A stretch of DNA of 64,000 nucleotides from a virus (IMGVR_UViG_3300042691_010651); one strand, 5' to 3'. Shown: positions 49,576 through 59,409, numbered from the stretch's first letter. The notes: generated by a model from the sequence alone, not told the origin. Program-made: numbers and translations.

Positions 49576-52500
49576 ATGGCAAATAGATTAGTAATACGAG
49601 GTGGTCAAAAGTTACTTGGAACAGTTGGTTCTGGTACTGGCGATCCTATATTAACAAGAGATGCTACAACCAAAGAAGTTGGTGAAATTCCAGCTATTGA
49701 TCCTTCTGTATATTTAAGTACAGGACTTAATTCTGGACAATTATTTGTAGGTAATGCTTCTAACTTAGCTCAAGCTAGAACAATTACAGGAGCAATATCT
49801 TTTAATAATACAGGAGTAGCTTTGTTAGGTTTAGATATAATTACTGACGCTAATATCTTTAGCGGAGCAGGTATATCTTACAGTAAATTAAATTTGGCAA
49901 ATCAAATAGTTAATAATGATATTTCATTATTTGCTAGTATTACTAGAACTAAATTAGCTTCTGGTAACATTAACAGGATACTTATTAATAACGGTGCTGG
50001 AGTATTTTCAGAACAAGCTGCAATTACAGGAAATAGATTACTCATATCAGATGCTAATGGATTACCAATAGCTTCTAGTATTACAGATACAACAGCAGCT
50101 TTTCTTGATCCAACTTCTTCTGTTCAAACACAATTAAATAATAGACTTTTATTTAGTTCAACAATAACTCCTGTTGAAGGAGATTTAGTATATTATAACG
50201 GCTCAACTTGGAATAGATTACCAAGAGGTACAAGTGGACAGTATTTAGCTGCTACTGCAAGTACTATAAACTGGGTAACTGTTCCTAATGGTATGCCTGT
50301 TGGAGGTACTACTAATCAATATTTAAAGAAAAATTCTGGAACAGATTTTGACACTTCATGGGATACTTTATCAATAAGCGATATAACCGACATAACAGCT
50401 AGTGCTGCTCAAATTAACGTATTAGCAAGTGGATTTTATGATGCTACATCTTCTGTTCAAACTCAAATTAATTTAAAACAAAATGCTTCATTATCATTAG
50501 GCTCTATTTGGGTTGGTAATTCATTAGGATTAGCTGATCAATTAACACCTGCTACAAATGGACAAGTACTTACTTTAGTAGGTGGTGTTCCTGTTTGGCA
50601 AACTATATCTGGTACAGGTACAGTAACAGCTATTAGTGGTAGTGGAGGAACTACAGGATTAACATTAACTCCTGGAGTTGGTACACCTATTACATCTTCT
50701 GGGACACTCAGTTTAGGAGGTACATTGATAGCAGCTAATGGAGGTACTGGATTTGCTTCTTACGGAGTAGGTGATATACTATATGCTAATACAACAACTA
50801 CTTTAGCTAAACTAGCTGCTGGAACTAATACCCATATATTAACACTAGCTGGTGGTGTGCCAACATGGTCTGCTCCTATCACTCAAATCTCTGGACTCAC
50901 CTCTGGTAGAGTAACGTTTGCAACGTCTGCAACTACGATAGGAGATGACGCTAACCTTGTTTGGGATGGGGCTAACAAACGACTTGATCTGCGGACAGCT
51001 TCCAGAATAAGGTTTCAACGAAATGACAATTTGTTGAATTTTGAAATGGGGGTGATCGACCCAATAGCTACAAATGATTTCATTATCAACGCAGTTACTT
51101 CTCCAACTGGTTTTCAATTTCAACAAGCAGGCACTACAACCTTTGGAATCACCAACCTTCAAAGATTTAACTTTAACAATAAAGTATTTTTCAACACCTT
51201 CACCGGATCGGCTCTTGCTGATTTTCAAAGCACCAATCAGGGTCTAGTATTGCCGAGGGCTTTAAGATCGGCAATTACAACGCCCGAAAATGGTATGTTG
51301 ACGGTAGATACCAACGTGCCTTATTTCCATAACGGTACAAGTTGGATTAATTTATTAGGTGGTGGTGGAGGTATAACTAATACAGCAGCTACCAATGAAA
51401 TACCAAAAAGTAATGGCACTAATATAGTTCCAAGTGGAATATTTACAACTACATCAGGAATCATTACTACCGGAATTTGGAATGGAACCGCTATTAATCC
51501 TAATTATGGTGGAACAGGTCTTACTGGATTAGGATTACCTCTACAACAAATTAGAGTAAATGGAGCAGGTACAGCATTTGAATACTTTAGTCCGCCAGCA
51601 GGGACGAGTTTATCTGCTCTTACAGGAGGAGTTTCAAATAACTCTCTTGATAATGGTGGAACACACACTTGGTCATGGAACTCATTGACCAACACAAAAG
51701 GATTCCTAATAAGCTCTAACTCTCCAAACGCATCAGTAAATGCACAAAGATTATTCAATGTTGAATTAAGTGGAGCAAACTTTAATAGTTCAGAGATAAC
51801 CTATGCAGCAAGTGTATCTAATACACACACTGGTACTTCCTCAACAAACGTAGCCCTTAATTTATTAGCAAGTGGAGGAACTGTAAATAGAGCTTTGAAT
51901 ATTGCTGCTGGTGAGATTGCTCTTAATGAATCAGCAGGAACTAGCGGTCAGGTTTTAACAAGTCAGGGAGCTAACGCTACTCCTATATGGGCTACACCTT
52001 CTGGTGGAGTATCTGGACTAACTTCTGGTAGAGTAACCTTTGCAACTTCTGGGACAACGATAGGTGATGACGCAGCATTTACTGTTGATGCCACAATAGG
52101 GAGGTTAAATGTAATAAAATCCCAAAGCTCGGGAACTAACATAGTATTAGCAAACACCTCAACAGCTAGTTCCTCTAGTGCAACATTTGTTGCGGCAAAC
52201 GATGCTGGTCTCCTAAACGTTCTTCAATTTGGTGTTTTAGGGATAAACTCTCCAACATCAGGTATATTTGCGCCAGATATATCGTTAGTTCGATCTACTG
52301 TATTAGGCGGTCTAAACATAGGCTCTACAAATAGCGCTCAAGTATCTTTTTACACAAATAATGTAAGACGCGGTGGTTTTTTAGCAGGTGGAAATTTTGA
52401 CTTTGTAAACTCCGTTTCTGTTAATGGGAGTACAGCCATAGGCGCAAGCACTGCTTTAGATATACAAGGCACAACAAAAGCTTTAAAAATTGGATCAGCT

Positions 52501-53403
52501 ACTATAGCGTCAATTGTTACGCCTCTTTCTGGTCACATTACAAACGACACCAACGTTCCATACTTTCATAACGGTACAAGTTGGAATGCAATAGTCACCC
52601 TTAACACGAATGGTGATTTAAGTTTAAACGGAAACATAACAGCAACAGGAACAATTAATTCTTTTGGAAGTTCAGTTAATAATCAAAGTTATTTAAATAT
52701 TATTAATCCAAATAGCGGATCAAGTGCAGCTAATGGATTGCTTATAGGGAATGACATATCTAACAATAGTGGGGGTCTTGTTTTTACATCTTCTACTAAT
52801 AACACTCTTTTAGGAACCCCCGGCGCAAATTCATTAACATTATATACACTTTCTGCTGGTCAAAAACTAGCCTTTGCTACTGTTACTAATGTAAGACAAA
52901 TAATAGAAGCTAATGGTAACATTAGTCTATTCAGACCTTATTCACCAGAATCTTATGGAGGCGGTGTAAAAACATTGTACTTTGATCATGCAACAACTAA
53001 TCCATCAACATCTGTAACAGGTGGTGGAGTAATGTTTGTAAAATCAAGTGATAGTAAACCGTACTGGTGGACAGGAACTACCGAGTATGCAATGACTGGT
53101 GGTGGTGGTGCATCTAACTCATCTGTATCAACAGTAAGTACAAGTACTGCATTAACAATAACAGGTATTGACCAAATAGTAAGAGGAAATTTATCTGCGA
53201 ATATAACCACAACTTTGCCTACAGCAGTTGGAAATAGTGGCTATAAAATATGGTTTAAGCGAGTAGATGCAACAGCATTTACTTGGACAATAGACGCGGA
53301 AGGTTCAGAAACAATAGATGGATTTTTAAATTTTATAATATCTGGACAATGGACAATGTTTGGAATATATAGTAATGGAACAAATTGGGAAGTATTAAAT
53401 TAA
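49576..53403 (+). CDS. long tail fibre protein (1275 aa) with internal repeated domains and a GC-shifted C-terminal two-thirds
   Basis: GQLFVGNASNLAQARTITGAISF module. LTLVGGVPVWQ and LTLAGGVPTWS motifs. Duplicated SGLTSGRVTFATS.TTIGDDA ... NVPYFHNGTSW units. Confidence 0.7.
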   Translation: MANRLVIRGGQKLLGTVGSGTGDPILTRDATTKEVGEIPAIDPSVYLSTGLNSGQLFVGNASNLAQARTITGAISFNNTGVALLGLDIITDANIFSGAGISYSKLNLANQIVNNDISLFASITRTKLASGNINRILINNGAGVFSEQAAITGNRLLISDANGLPIASSITDTTAAFLDPTSSVQTQLNNRLLFSSTITPVEGDLVYYNGSTWNRLPRGTSGQYLAATASTINWVTVPNGMPVGGTTNQYLKKNSGTDFDTSWDTLSISDITDITASAAQINVLASGFYDATSSVQTQINLKQNASLSLGSIWVGNSLGLADQLTPATNGQVLTLVGGVPVWQTISGTGTVTAISGSGGTTGLTLTPGVGTPITSSGTLSLGGTLIAANGGTGFASYGVGDILYANTTTTLAKLAAGTNTHILTLAGGVPTWSAPITQISGLTSGRVTFATSATTIGDDANLVWDGANKRLDLRTASRIRFQRNDNLLNFEMGVIDPIATNDFIINAVTSPTGFQFQQAGTTTFGITNLQRFNFNNKVFFNTFTGSALADFQSTNQGLVLPRALRSAITTPENGMLTVDTNVPYFHNGTSWINLLGGGGGITNTAATNEIPKSNGTNIVPSGIFTTTSGIITTGIWNGTAINPNYGGTGLTGLGLPLQQIRVNGAGTAFEYFSPPAGTSLSALTGGVSNNSLDNGGTHTWSWNSLTNTKGFLISSNSPNASVNAQRLFNVELSGANFNSSEITYAASVSNTHTGTSSTNVALNLLASGGTVNRALNIAAGEIALNESAGTSGQVLTSQGANATPIWATPSGGVSGLTSGRVTFATSGTTIGDDAAFTVDATIGRLNVIKSQSSGTNIVLANTSTASSSSATFVAANDAGLLNVLQFGVLGINSPTSGIFAPDISLVRSTVLGGLNIGSTNSAQVSFYTNNVRRGGFLAGGNFDFVNSVSVNGSTAIGASTALDIQGTTKALKIGSATIASIVTPLSGHITNDTNVPYFHNGTSWNAIVTLNTNGDLSLNGNITATGTINSFGSSVNNQSYLNIINPNSGSSAANGLLIGNDISNNSGGLVFTSSTNNTLLGTPGANSLTLYTLSAGQKLAFATVTNVRQIIEANGNISLFRPYSPESYGGGVKTLYFDHATTNPSTSVTGGGVMFVKSSDSKPYWWTGTTEYAMTGGGGASNSSVSTVSTSTALTITGIDQIVRGNLSANITTTLPTAVGNSGYKIWFKRVDATAFTWTIDAEGSETIDGFLNFIISGQWTMFGIYSNGTNWEVLN

Positions 53404-53415
53404 AAAATTGAAATT

Positions 53416-55563
53416 ATGAATGGATATGTGCCAAATGCAATACAAACAATACAGAGTGATTTTGCCCCACAAATAGCACCGAGTGGTAATATTACACCTG
53501 TACCATTAAGGCAAGACCCTGATGGTAACTTACTAGTAAGAAGTACATCTTTAACTGATGAAGGTTCAATTAGAGCTAATTTTGCTAACACTTCTATAGC
53601 AGTTAGTGTAGGAACTATTACACTAACAAATAATTCTAATGTACTAACAGGTACAAACTTTGCGCAATATGATCTCCATGTAGGAGATCATGTAAAGTTA
53701 GATGCTGACTCAGAAAGTGCTTGGGCTCAAATTGATTATTTTGAAACTGCTAGTAGAGCAATACTTGTAAGTAATTATACAGGAACAGGTGGAACATCAG
53801 CAGGATCAAGAGCTTATTTCAGACCCACTACTGGTTCAGGTGGCAGTATATCAGTAGCCTCTGGTCAATTAACAATAGCTAGTGGTGGAACATCAGCAGC
53901 TATTACAGGTGTTGAAAGAGTAATAGATTATTCTCCTCTAATATTTAGAAGTCGTGTTTCTATCTCACAAAGAGTAGCAAATCAGCAGATACGAATGGGA
54001 TTAAAAGACCCTTCTGCCACAGTAAAATATTTTTCTAGGTTTGTTGCAAGCGGTACAACGAACACGGTAATAGATTGTGTTACTGCCAGAAATCCAACTA
54101 CCACACCTTCAGGATCTGAAACACAAACAACTACTGTAACCTTGCCAAGAGGCGTGACTACAGCAGTATTGAATGATTATAGAATTGAACAGCTTGTAGA
54201 AGTCTGTAGATTCTTTATAAATGGTGTATTGGTTGCATCTCATTTTAATGTATTACCACAACAATATGATGAACTAGAAGCTCATATTGAGGTAGAAAAT
54301 ACTGGTGCGGCAAGTAATACAAACATTGTAGTAGATTACATTGTGGTTAAAAACCATAATAAACAAGAAGTAGCAATTTTAAGTGAGGCTGATTCTATTG
54401 TTGCTAACCAACCAACTCTTGAAATAGCTAACTTTACACAAACGGGAGTAATTGCTATTAATACAGATATTCAAATAATTGATTGTAGGCAATTACGATC
54501 AGTAAATGTTCAAATAACTTCTATTGGTACTACTGGTAGAATAGATTTCTTTTTAACAAATGATTTATCCGTTGTAGGAACAGCTATACTAGCTTATCCT
54601 ATTGGTGGAGCAGCCGCAGTTATAACTACTTTAGCAGCAGGTATGTGGAATATTTCTACTAACGGAGGAGGATATTTACGTGTAAGAATGGGTGTTGCTA
54701 CCACAGCAGGTACTACTACTGTATTTATCACAGGTTCTCAAATGCCCGTACCAATATCAGCACCAACTACTCAATCAGTATCAGGTACAGTTGCAGTAAC
54801 AAGCACTACTTTATCAGGTGGTCAAACTGCTCATAGTACTGCTGCTACTGGTAATCCATTAAGAACTGGTGGTAAAGTACAACCAACTACAATAGCAGCA
54901 CAAGATACAACTTTAGTTACAAATGATACGTCAGATACTTTTGTTTCATCATCAGGACAAGCAATAATAAAACCTTTTGGTACTTCTGAATTAGATTATT
55001 ATCATGCTGTATTACCCGTAGTAACAACAACTACTCCACAAAGTATTGTAGCAGCAGCAGGAACGGCTTTAATTAGAAATTACATCACACAATTAACAGT
55101 TCAAACAGATACTTTAGGAGTAGCAGGTAATATGTTTATCTTAGATAATCAAGGTGCAATAGGTACTTCTGTAACAATAGCTACTCCGGGTGTATTTACA
55201 AGTACAGCACATGATTTAAGAATTGGTGATTGTATAATTTTTACAGCTATTGGCACTATTACTGGTATTTCAATTAATACAATGTATTTTGTAACAGCAG
55301 CAAACTTAGCAACTACAACATTTTCGATAGCATTAACTCCAGGGGGTACAGCAATACAGATAACAGGTGCTACTTCAGCATTTACATTCTACAGAGTTTT
55401 TTATATGTTTAGATTAAATACAGCAGCTTTAGCAACTCCTGTTACAATTATGCCAGTTAACCCGTATAAAGGAATTGCAAACTCTAATCTAAACGTTTAT
55501 TTCCCCGCTTCTTTACTTACTGGAGTAGTATATCTGAACATAAATGGTTATAGAGGATTTTAA
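53416..55563 (+). CDS. tail fibre or tail spike protein (715 aa), Thr/Gly/Ala-rich
   Basis: Composition and context. Third large fibre-like gene. Confidence 0.55.
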   Translation: MNGYVPNAIQTIQSDFAPQIAPSGNITPVPLRQDPDGNLLVRSTSLTDEGSIRANFANTSIAVSVGTITLTNNSNVLTGTNFAQYDLHVGDHVKLDADSESAWAQIDYFETASRAILVSNYTGTGGTSAGSRAYFRPTTGSGGSISVASGQLTIASGGTSAAITGVERVIDYSPLIFRSRVSISQRVANQQIRMGLKDPSATVKYFSRFVASGTTNTVIDCVTARNPTTTPSGSETQTTTVTLPRGVTTAVLNDYRIEQLVEVCRFFINGVLVASHFNVLPQQYDELEAHIEVENTGAASNTNIVVDYIVVKNHNKQEVAILSEADSIVANQPTLEIANFTQTGVIAINTDIQIIDCRQLRSVNVQITSIGTTGRIDFFLTNDLSVVGTAILAYPIGGAAAVITTLAAGMWNISTNGGGYLRVRMGVATTAGTTTVFITGSQMPVPISAPTTQSVSGTVAVTSTTLSGGQTAHSTAATGNPLRTGGKVQPTTIAAQDTTLVTNDTSDTFVSSSGQAIIKPFGTSELDYYHAVLPVVTTTTPQSIVAAAGTALIRNYITQLTVQTDTLGVAGNMFILDNQGAIGTSVTIATPGVFTSTAHDLRIGDCIIFTAIGTITGISINTMYFVTAANLATTTFSIALTPGGTAIQITGATSAFTFYRVFYMFRLNTAALATPVTIMPVNPYKGIANSNLNVYFPASLLTGVVYLNINGYRGF

Positions 55564-55577
55564 ACAATTAATACAAT

Positions 55578-55859
55578 ATGGCACAATTAAGAATTAACAT
55601 TAAGAACAATGTTTTGGATGAAACATTAGATTATCTAATTTATCATTTTACTAACGGAGGTAGTTATAAAGCTACTATACCTGATGTAAATAGTAGTATT
55701 GAAAATCCTTTACCTGATGTAGCTAATCCTGTTAGTAAACAAGATACTGCTGAACAACATCTTTCAGATTTTATACGTGCTATTTATAACACACAAGATA
55801 AACGCGTAAAAGTTAAAAATTTTGAACAAAATGTTGTTAACACTAATCCTATAGGTTAA
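55578..55859 (+). CDS. hypothetical protein (93 aa), possible fibre assembly or chaperone protein by position
   Basis: ATG start immediately after the fibre genes. Confidence 0.45.
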   Translation: MAQLRINIKNNVLDETLDYLIYHFTNGGSYKATIPDVNSSIENPLPDVANPVSKQDTAEQHLSDFIRAIYNTQDKRVKVKNFEQNVVNTNPIG

Positions 55860-55864
55860 ATAAT

Positions 55865-56419
55865 ATGAAAAATTATACAATACAAGAAATAAAAAGTAGA
55901 TTTAATACATTCGGATTTAAATGGTTTCCATTTCATATTGTAGGTATTAGATCAACAGCAGATAAACCTAATGAATTTGATGATAAGATTTATCTTGTTA
56001 TAGGAGATATTCTATTTGAATATCCTGCTACAACAAATCCTGGAACATTTTATCTAATGGTAAAGAATTGGTTAAATCCTAAAGGAGCTTTTATACTAAA
56101 ATCTAATGAACAATATGTAGATTGTTGGACTTTTGGAAAACATAGAGGTAAATATGATGCTTTAGTTCAATGTAAAGATTTAAAAGGCTACAGAGATAAT
56201 GATAATGATAATAAATCAGAAGAACTAGGACAATTACTTATAGCTCCTCCAAGTACAGGAATTAATATTCATAGAGCCGCAGAAAGTGTTAGAACTTGGT
56301 GGATAAATAATTATAGTGCAGGTTGTCAAGTAATAGCTGACAAGTGGATAGATTTTATTACAAGATGCCAAAATTCTAGACGTAATTTCTTTACATACAC
56401 TTTATTAAATGAATTTTAA
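55865..56419 (+). CDS. candidate peptidoglycan hydrolase or endolysin (His/Cys-containing, weak amidase-like resemblance)
   Basis: 184 aa with FHIVGIRSTADKP ... INIHRAAE ... SAGCQV. Located directly upstream of four small membrane proteins. The assignment rests mainly on context. Confidence 0.25.
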   Translation: MKNYTIQEIKSRFNTFGFKWFPFHIVGIRSTADKPNEFDDKIYLVIGDILFEYPATTNPGTFYLMVKNWLNPKGAFILKSNEQYVDCWTFGKHRGKYDALVQCKDLKGYRDNDNDNKSEELGQLLIAPPSTGINIHRAAESVRTWWINNYSAGCQVIADKWIDFITRCQNSRRNFFTYTLLNEF

Positions 56420-56795
56420 TATGGATAAAGTTTTAAAACTAGAGCAAGAAATGGAAAAACTAAATGATTCTTTAGTTAGTATTGAAGATATTCTTGCTAA
56501 ACTTAATGAAAATATTAAAAAACTTAATATAGGTATATATGGTGATAAAGAAAATGACCATATAGGAGTTATAGAAAGACAAAGACAATTGGAAGATAGA
56601 ATATTTCAATTAGAAAAAAAGTTACAAAATCAAGAAGATAATAATAGAAAAGAACAAGCAATAAGTATTGCAAAAAAAGATTTAAAAGTTAATTGGTGGA
56701 ATATTATTAAATGGATAGCTGGATTTATAAGTCAAGGAGCTATATGGTATTTAATTTTTAAAGGAATTTTACAACCTAGTGATCGTTTGAAGTAA
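56409..56795 (+). CDS. coiled-coil protein with C-terminal TM helix (holin, antiholin or spanin-like candidate)
   Basis: C-terminal WWNIIKWIAGFISQGAIWYLIF hydrophobic helix. Confidence 0.4.
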   Translation: MNFNMDKVLKLEQEMEKLNDSLVSIEDILAKLNENIKKLNIGIYGDKENDHIGVIERQRQLEDRIFQLEKKLQNQEDNNRKEQAISIAKKDLKVNWWNIIKWIAGFISQGAIWYLIFKGILQPSDRLK

Positions 56796-56835
56796 ATTTT
56801 TCTTATATTTGATTAAATTTAAACTAAACTAAAAT

Positions 56836-57321
56836 ATGGAAACTAAAAAATTGCAAATTAGTAAAATTCAAAAAGTTAATGCAGCTATTAATCTAATAAA
56901 AGATAATACTGATTTAGATTCAAAAATCTCATATAGATTAGGAAGAATGGGAGATTCTGCTGAAAATGTTTTGAATAGATTACAAAAAGCTCAAACAAAA
57001 TTAATTAATGAGTATAATAAACAAAGATTAGCTTTAATAGGAAAAACTAAACAAGAAGATTTAGAACAAGAAGTTATTGATAAGATTACTGAATTAAGCA
57101 ACAAATTAAATGAAGATGTAGCTAATCTTAAAGATGAAGAAGATGAAATTAATGTAGTTGAACTTAAATTATCAGATTTTGTTGCTAAAGAAGATATTAA
57201 AAAGTTTGTAGAAGTAACTGATGGAGATAAAACTAAAACTGAGACAAAAATTATTAAAAAAGATTCTAACTTAGTTTCTATTGAATTTTTTAAACTGATG
57301 GGAGATTTAATTACTGAATAA
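56836..57321 (+). CDS. hypothetical coiled-coil protein (161 aa)
   Basis: ATG start preceded by an AAACTAAACTAAAAT leader. Confidence 0.5.
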   Translation: METKKLQISKIQKVNAAINLIKDNTDLDSKISYRLGRMGDSAENVLNRLQKAQTKLINEYNKQRLALIGKTKQEDLEQEVIDKITELSNKLNEDVANLKDEEDEINVVELKLSDFVAKEDIKKFVEVTDGDKTKTETKIIKKDSNLVSIEFFKLMGDLITE

Positions 57322-57731
57322 TGAAAGAATCTATAATTAAATTTTTTACTAGCTTATTTGTTAATTATCCAGAAGGTATGTTTTTATATACTGGAGGAAT
57401 AATTACAATAACTGTAATCAATTTAGTTTATAGAAAAGAATGGGATAGAGGAGCTAAAGGTAAAAACTTATTATGGGATATGCCAGAACAAATGTTTGTC
57501 ATATATGTAAGATGGGTATTACCTAATATGTTTGTAGCTTCCTATTCTCTTCCTCAAGTTGTAACAGTAACAGATTCACTTCTAGTCTTTGGATCAGGAT
57601 TTGCATTATATGCTCTTACTGGAAGATGGGGATTAGAATGGCTAGAAAGACTTAGAACAGGTAAAAATGAAACTATTAAGTCAAGTGAAACAGTAACAAT
57701 AGAAAAGAAAGATGAAACAGTTTCTAACTGA
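57321..57731 (+). CDS. three-TM membrane protein (holin candidate)
   Basis: Hydrophobic segments FLYTGGIITITVINLVY, MFVIYVRWVLPNMFVASY and LLVFGSGFALYAL. Confidence 0.45.
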   Translation: MKESIIKFFTSLFVNYPEGMFLYTGGIITITVINLVYRKEWDRGAKGKNLLWDMPEQMFVIYVRWVLPNMFVASYSLPQVVTVTDSLLVFGSGFALYALTGRWGLEWLERLRTGKNETIKSSETVTIEKKDETVSN

Positions 57732-58080
57732 AAATTTTAAATGGATACTACTAGTAGTTACTCTATTAGTAGTATCTAATTTATTAACTGGTATAAGAGT
57801 TGATGGCTTATCAAAGAAAGATGATAGGATAATTAGAAACAAACTAGATAGTTTAAACTCAAGATATAAAGAGCTTGAGTTTTTACATTTAGTAGAAGTA
57901 GAGAAAAGACGGAAAATTTTTTTGGAAGATAGTCTACTAAAAGTAGAATATACTAAAAAATCTCAACAAGATAATATTCTAATAAAAAAGCAGCAATCTG
58001 CTATCAACAAATATAAGAATCTCACATCTAAAGTAGGTTTAGCAAAATTAGATTCAGCATACAATGCAGAAAATCATTAA
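57712..58080 (+). CDS. N-terminally anchored coiled-coil protein (i-spanin-like candidate)
   Basis: WILLVVTLLVVSNLLTG TM helix followed by a helical region. Confidence 0.4.
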   Translation: MKQFLTENFKWILLVVTLLVVSNLLTGIRVDGLSKKDDRIIRNKLDSLNSRYKELEFLHLVEVEKRRKIFLEDSLLKVEYTKKSQQDNILIKKQQSAINKYKNLTSKVGLAKLDSAYNAENH

Positions 58081-58471
58081 AGTCACCCTATTACTCATAC
58101 TTTTTCAACAAGCTGTCTGTTACGCACAAACAGATTCACTTGTATTAGTTAGACTATCTAGAGTAAATTATTGTAATGGAAAGATTTATGAGGTAAAAAT
58201 ACTCAATAATAGAGTTCTTGTAAAAGATGAATTAATAATCAATCTTAATCAACAAATCTCAAAGAAACAAGAAGAAATAGATTCATATCTTGTAGATATT
58301 GATGTTTTTAAGAAACAACTTCTAAATAGAAATTCTGGACTAGAAATATATAAGCAACAAGACCTACACCAAAAAACCGAAATCAAACAACTTCGGAAAA
58401 AAAATGTGGTGCTAAAAATAGGTCTTGTTGTTATATCTGGAATTACTGTTTGGTCGCTTTCAAAACAGTAA
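58064..58471 (+). CDS. secreted or membrane protein with N-terminal signal and C-terminal TM (spanin-like candidate)
   Basis: MQKIIKVTLLLILFQQAVCYAQ signal-like N-terminus. C-terminal IGLVVISGITVWSL. Confidence 0.4.
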   Translation: MQKIIKVTLLLILFQQAVCYAQTDSLVLVRLSRVNYCNGKIYEVKILNNRVLVKDELIINLNQQISKKQEEIDSYLVDIDVFKKQLLNRNSGLEIYKQQDLHQKTEIKQLRKKNVVLKIGLVVISGITVWSLSKQ

Positions 58472-58733
58472 AATAGTGATCTGTTGGAAAATTTACAAAT
58501 TGTTGAAGATAATATAATAAAGTAACATCTATTATTAAATTACCAGTTTGATCAAACCAAGTATAATAAGTATAATACTTTCCTCCTTCTTTTTTAATAG
58601 GACGACTATATATTATAACATCAATAGTACCTATATATCTTTTTTCTATTTTAATTAATCCAAAAAGATAAGTTTCTTGTACTAAAAGAGAAATTCTACC
58701 TCCTTCTAAATCATCAATTTTTAGCAGTTTCAT
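58443..58733 (-). CDS. hypothetical protein (96 aa)
   Basis: ATG start. Its 3' end overlaps the convergent plus gene by 29 nt. Confidence 0.45.
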   Translation of the reverse strand: MKLLKIDDLEGGRISLLVQETYLFGLIKIEKRYIGTIDVIIYSRPIKKEGGKYYTYYTWFDQTGNLIIDVTLLYYLQQFVNFPTDHYFTVLKATKQ

Positions 58734-59409
58734 CTTCCAATATTTTTCTTTCAGCTTCTACATCTCTATTAATAGCTGCTTCTGATGTAAACTTTTCTGG
58801 ATAACGATTTCTAAGTTTAATTATTACCTTATCCATATACTCATTTAAATCTACTTTAGTACTTACAGCTATATTATTAATAGCTCCTATAAGATATTCA
58901 ACTCTTTTTAGATACACATCTTTATTCATAGGTTTGTTATATGCATATAATTTCTTAACTTGATCTAAAAGTTTAGATTCATTATATATCATAGCATTAA
59001 ACCAATAATTTAAAGTACTTCCTTGAAGTGGAGAATCAGTTGCTTTAAGAGTTCCATCAAATTTAGTAGATATAAGAGTGTCAAAATCTACATGATCTAT
59101 ATAACCAGCTTTTAACATAGTATTTAAATCATTACATAGATACCAAAGTTTATCTGTTAATTCTTCTCCTACTCCTACAGAATCTTTTTTAGCAATAGCA
59201 TCCATCAACTCATCTGTCTCTGAAAGTATTCCAATTCTAGCATGTACTAAATCTAAAATACCATAACTTGGTTGAGTAGTTTCAATATTATTACCATAAT
59301 ATAATCTACCTAAAGTCAGTAGATTATTATTATGATCTAGATTGTGATATATACTATTTAATGAAGGAAAAGTTCTTTCTGCTTGTTTTTGAAATTCTTT
59401 TAGTGTCAT
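58714..59409 (-). CDS. MazG-like nucleoside triphosphate pyrophosphohydrolase
   Basis: ETDELMDAIAKKDSVGVGEELTDKLWYLCN aligns with the MazG core ETYEVLDAIAREDFDDLRGELGDLLFQVVF. Confidence 0.65.
   Translation of the reverse strand: MTLKEFQKQAERTFPSLNSIYHNLDHNNNLLTLGRLYYGNNIETTQPSYGILDLVHARIGILSETDELMDAIAKKDSVGVGEELTDKLWYLCNDLNTMLKAGYIDHVDFDTLISTKFDGTLKATDSPLQGSTLNYWFNAMIYNESKLLDQVKKLYAYNKPMNKDVYLKRVEYLIGAINNIAVSTKVDLNEYMDKVIIKLRNRYPEKFTSEAAINRDVEAERKILEDETAKN

Noticed and set aside
50870-52600. Diversity-generating retroelement (template/variable repeat) explanation for the duplicated fibre segment
   Set aside because: Mismatches between the two repeat units are not adenine-specific: C/A, C/T, G/C, G/T and a block substitution are all seen. 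No reverse-transcriptase gene is present in the window.
50845-53210. Four minus-strand ORFs (50845..51228, 51504..51758, 51963..52157, 52986..53210) antisense to the long fibre gene
   Set aside because: They occur only where the fibre gene is GC-shifted, because fewer stop codons arise by chance. They have no start context and lie fully inside a clearly coding plus-strand gene.
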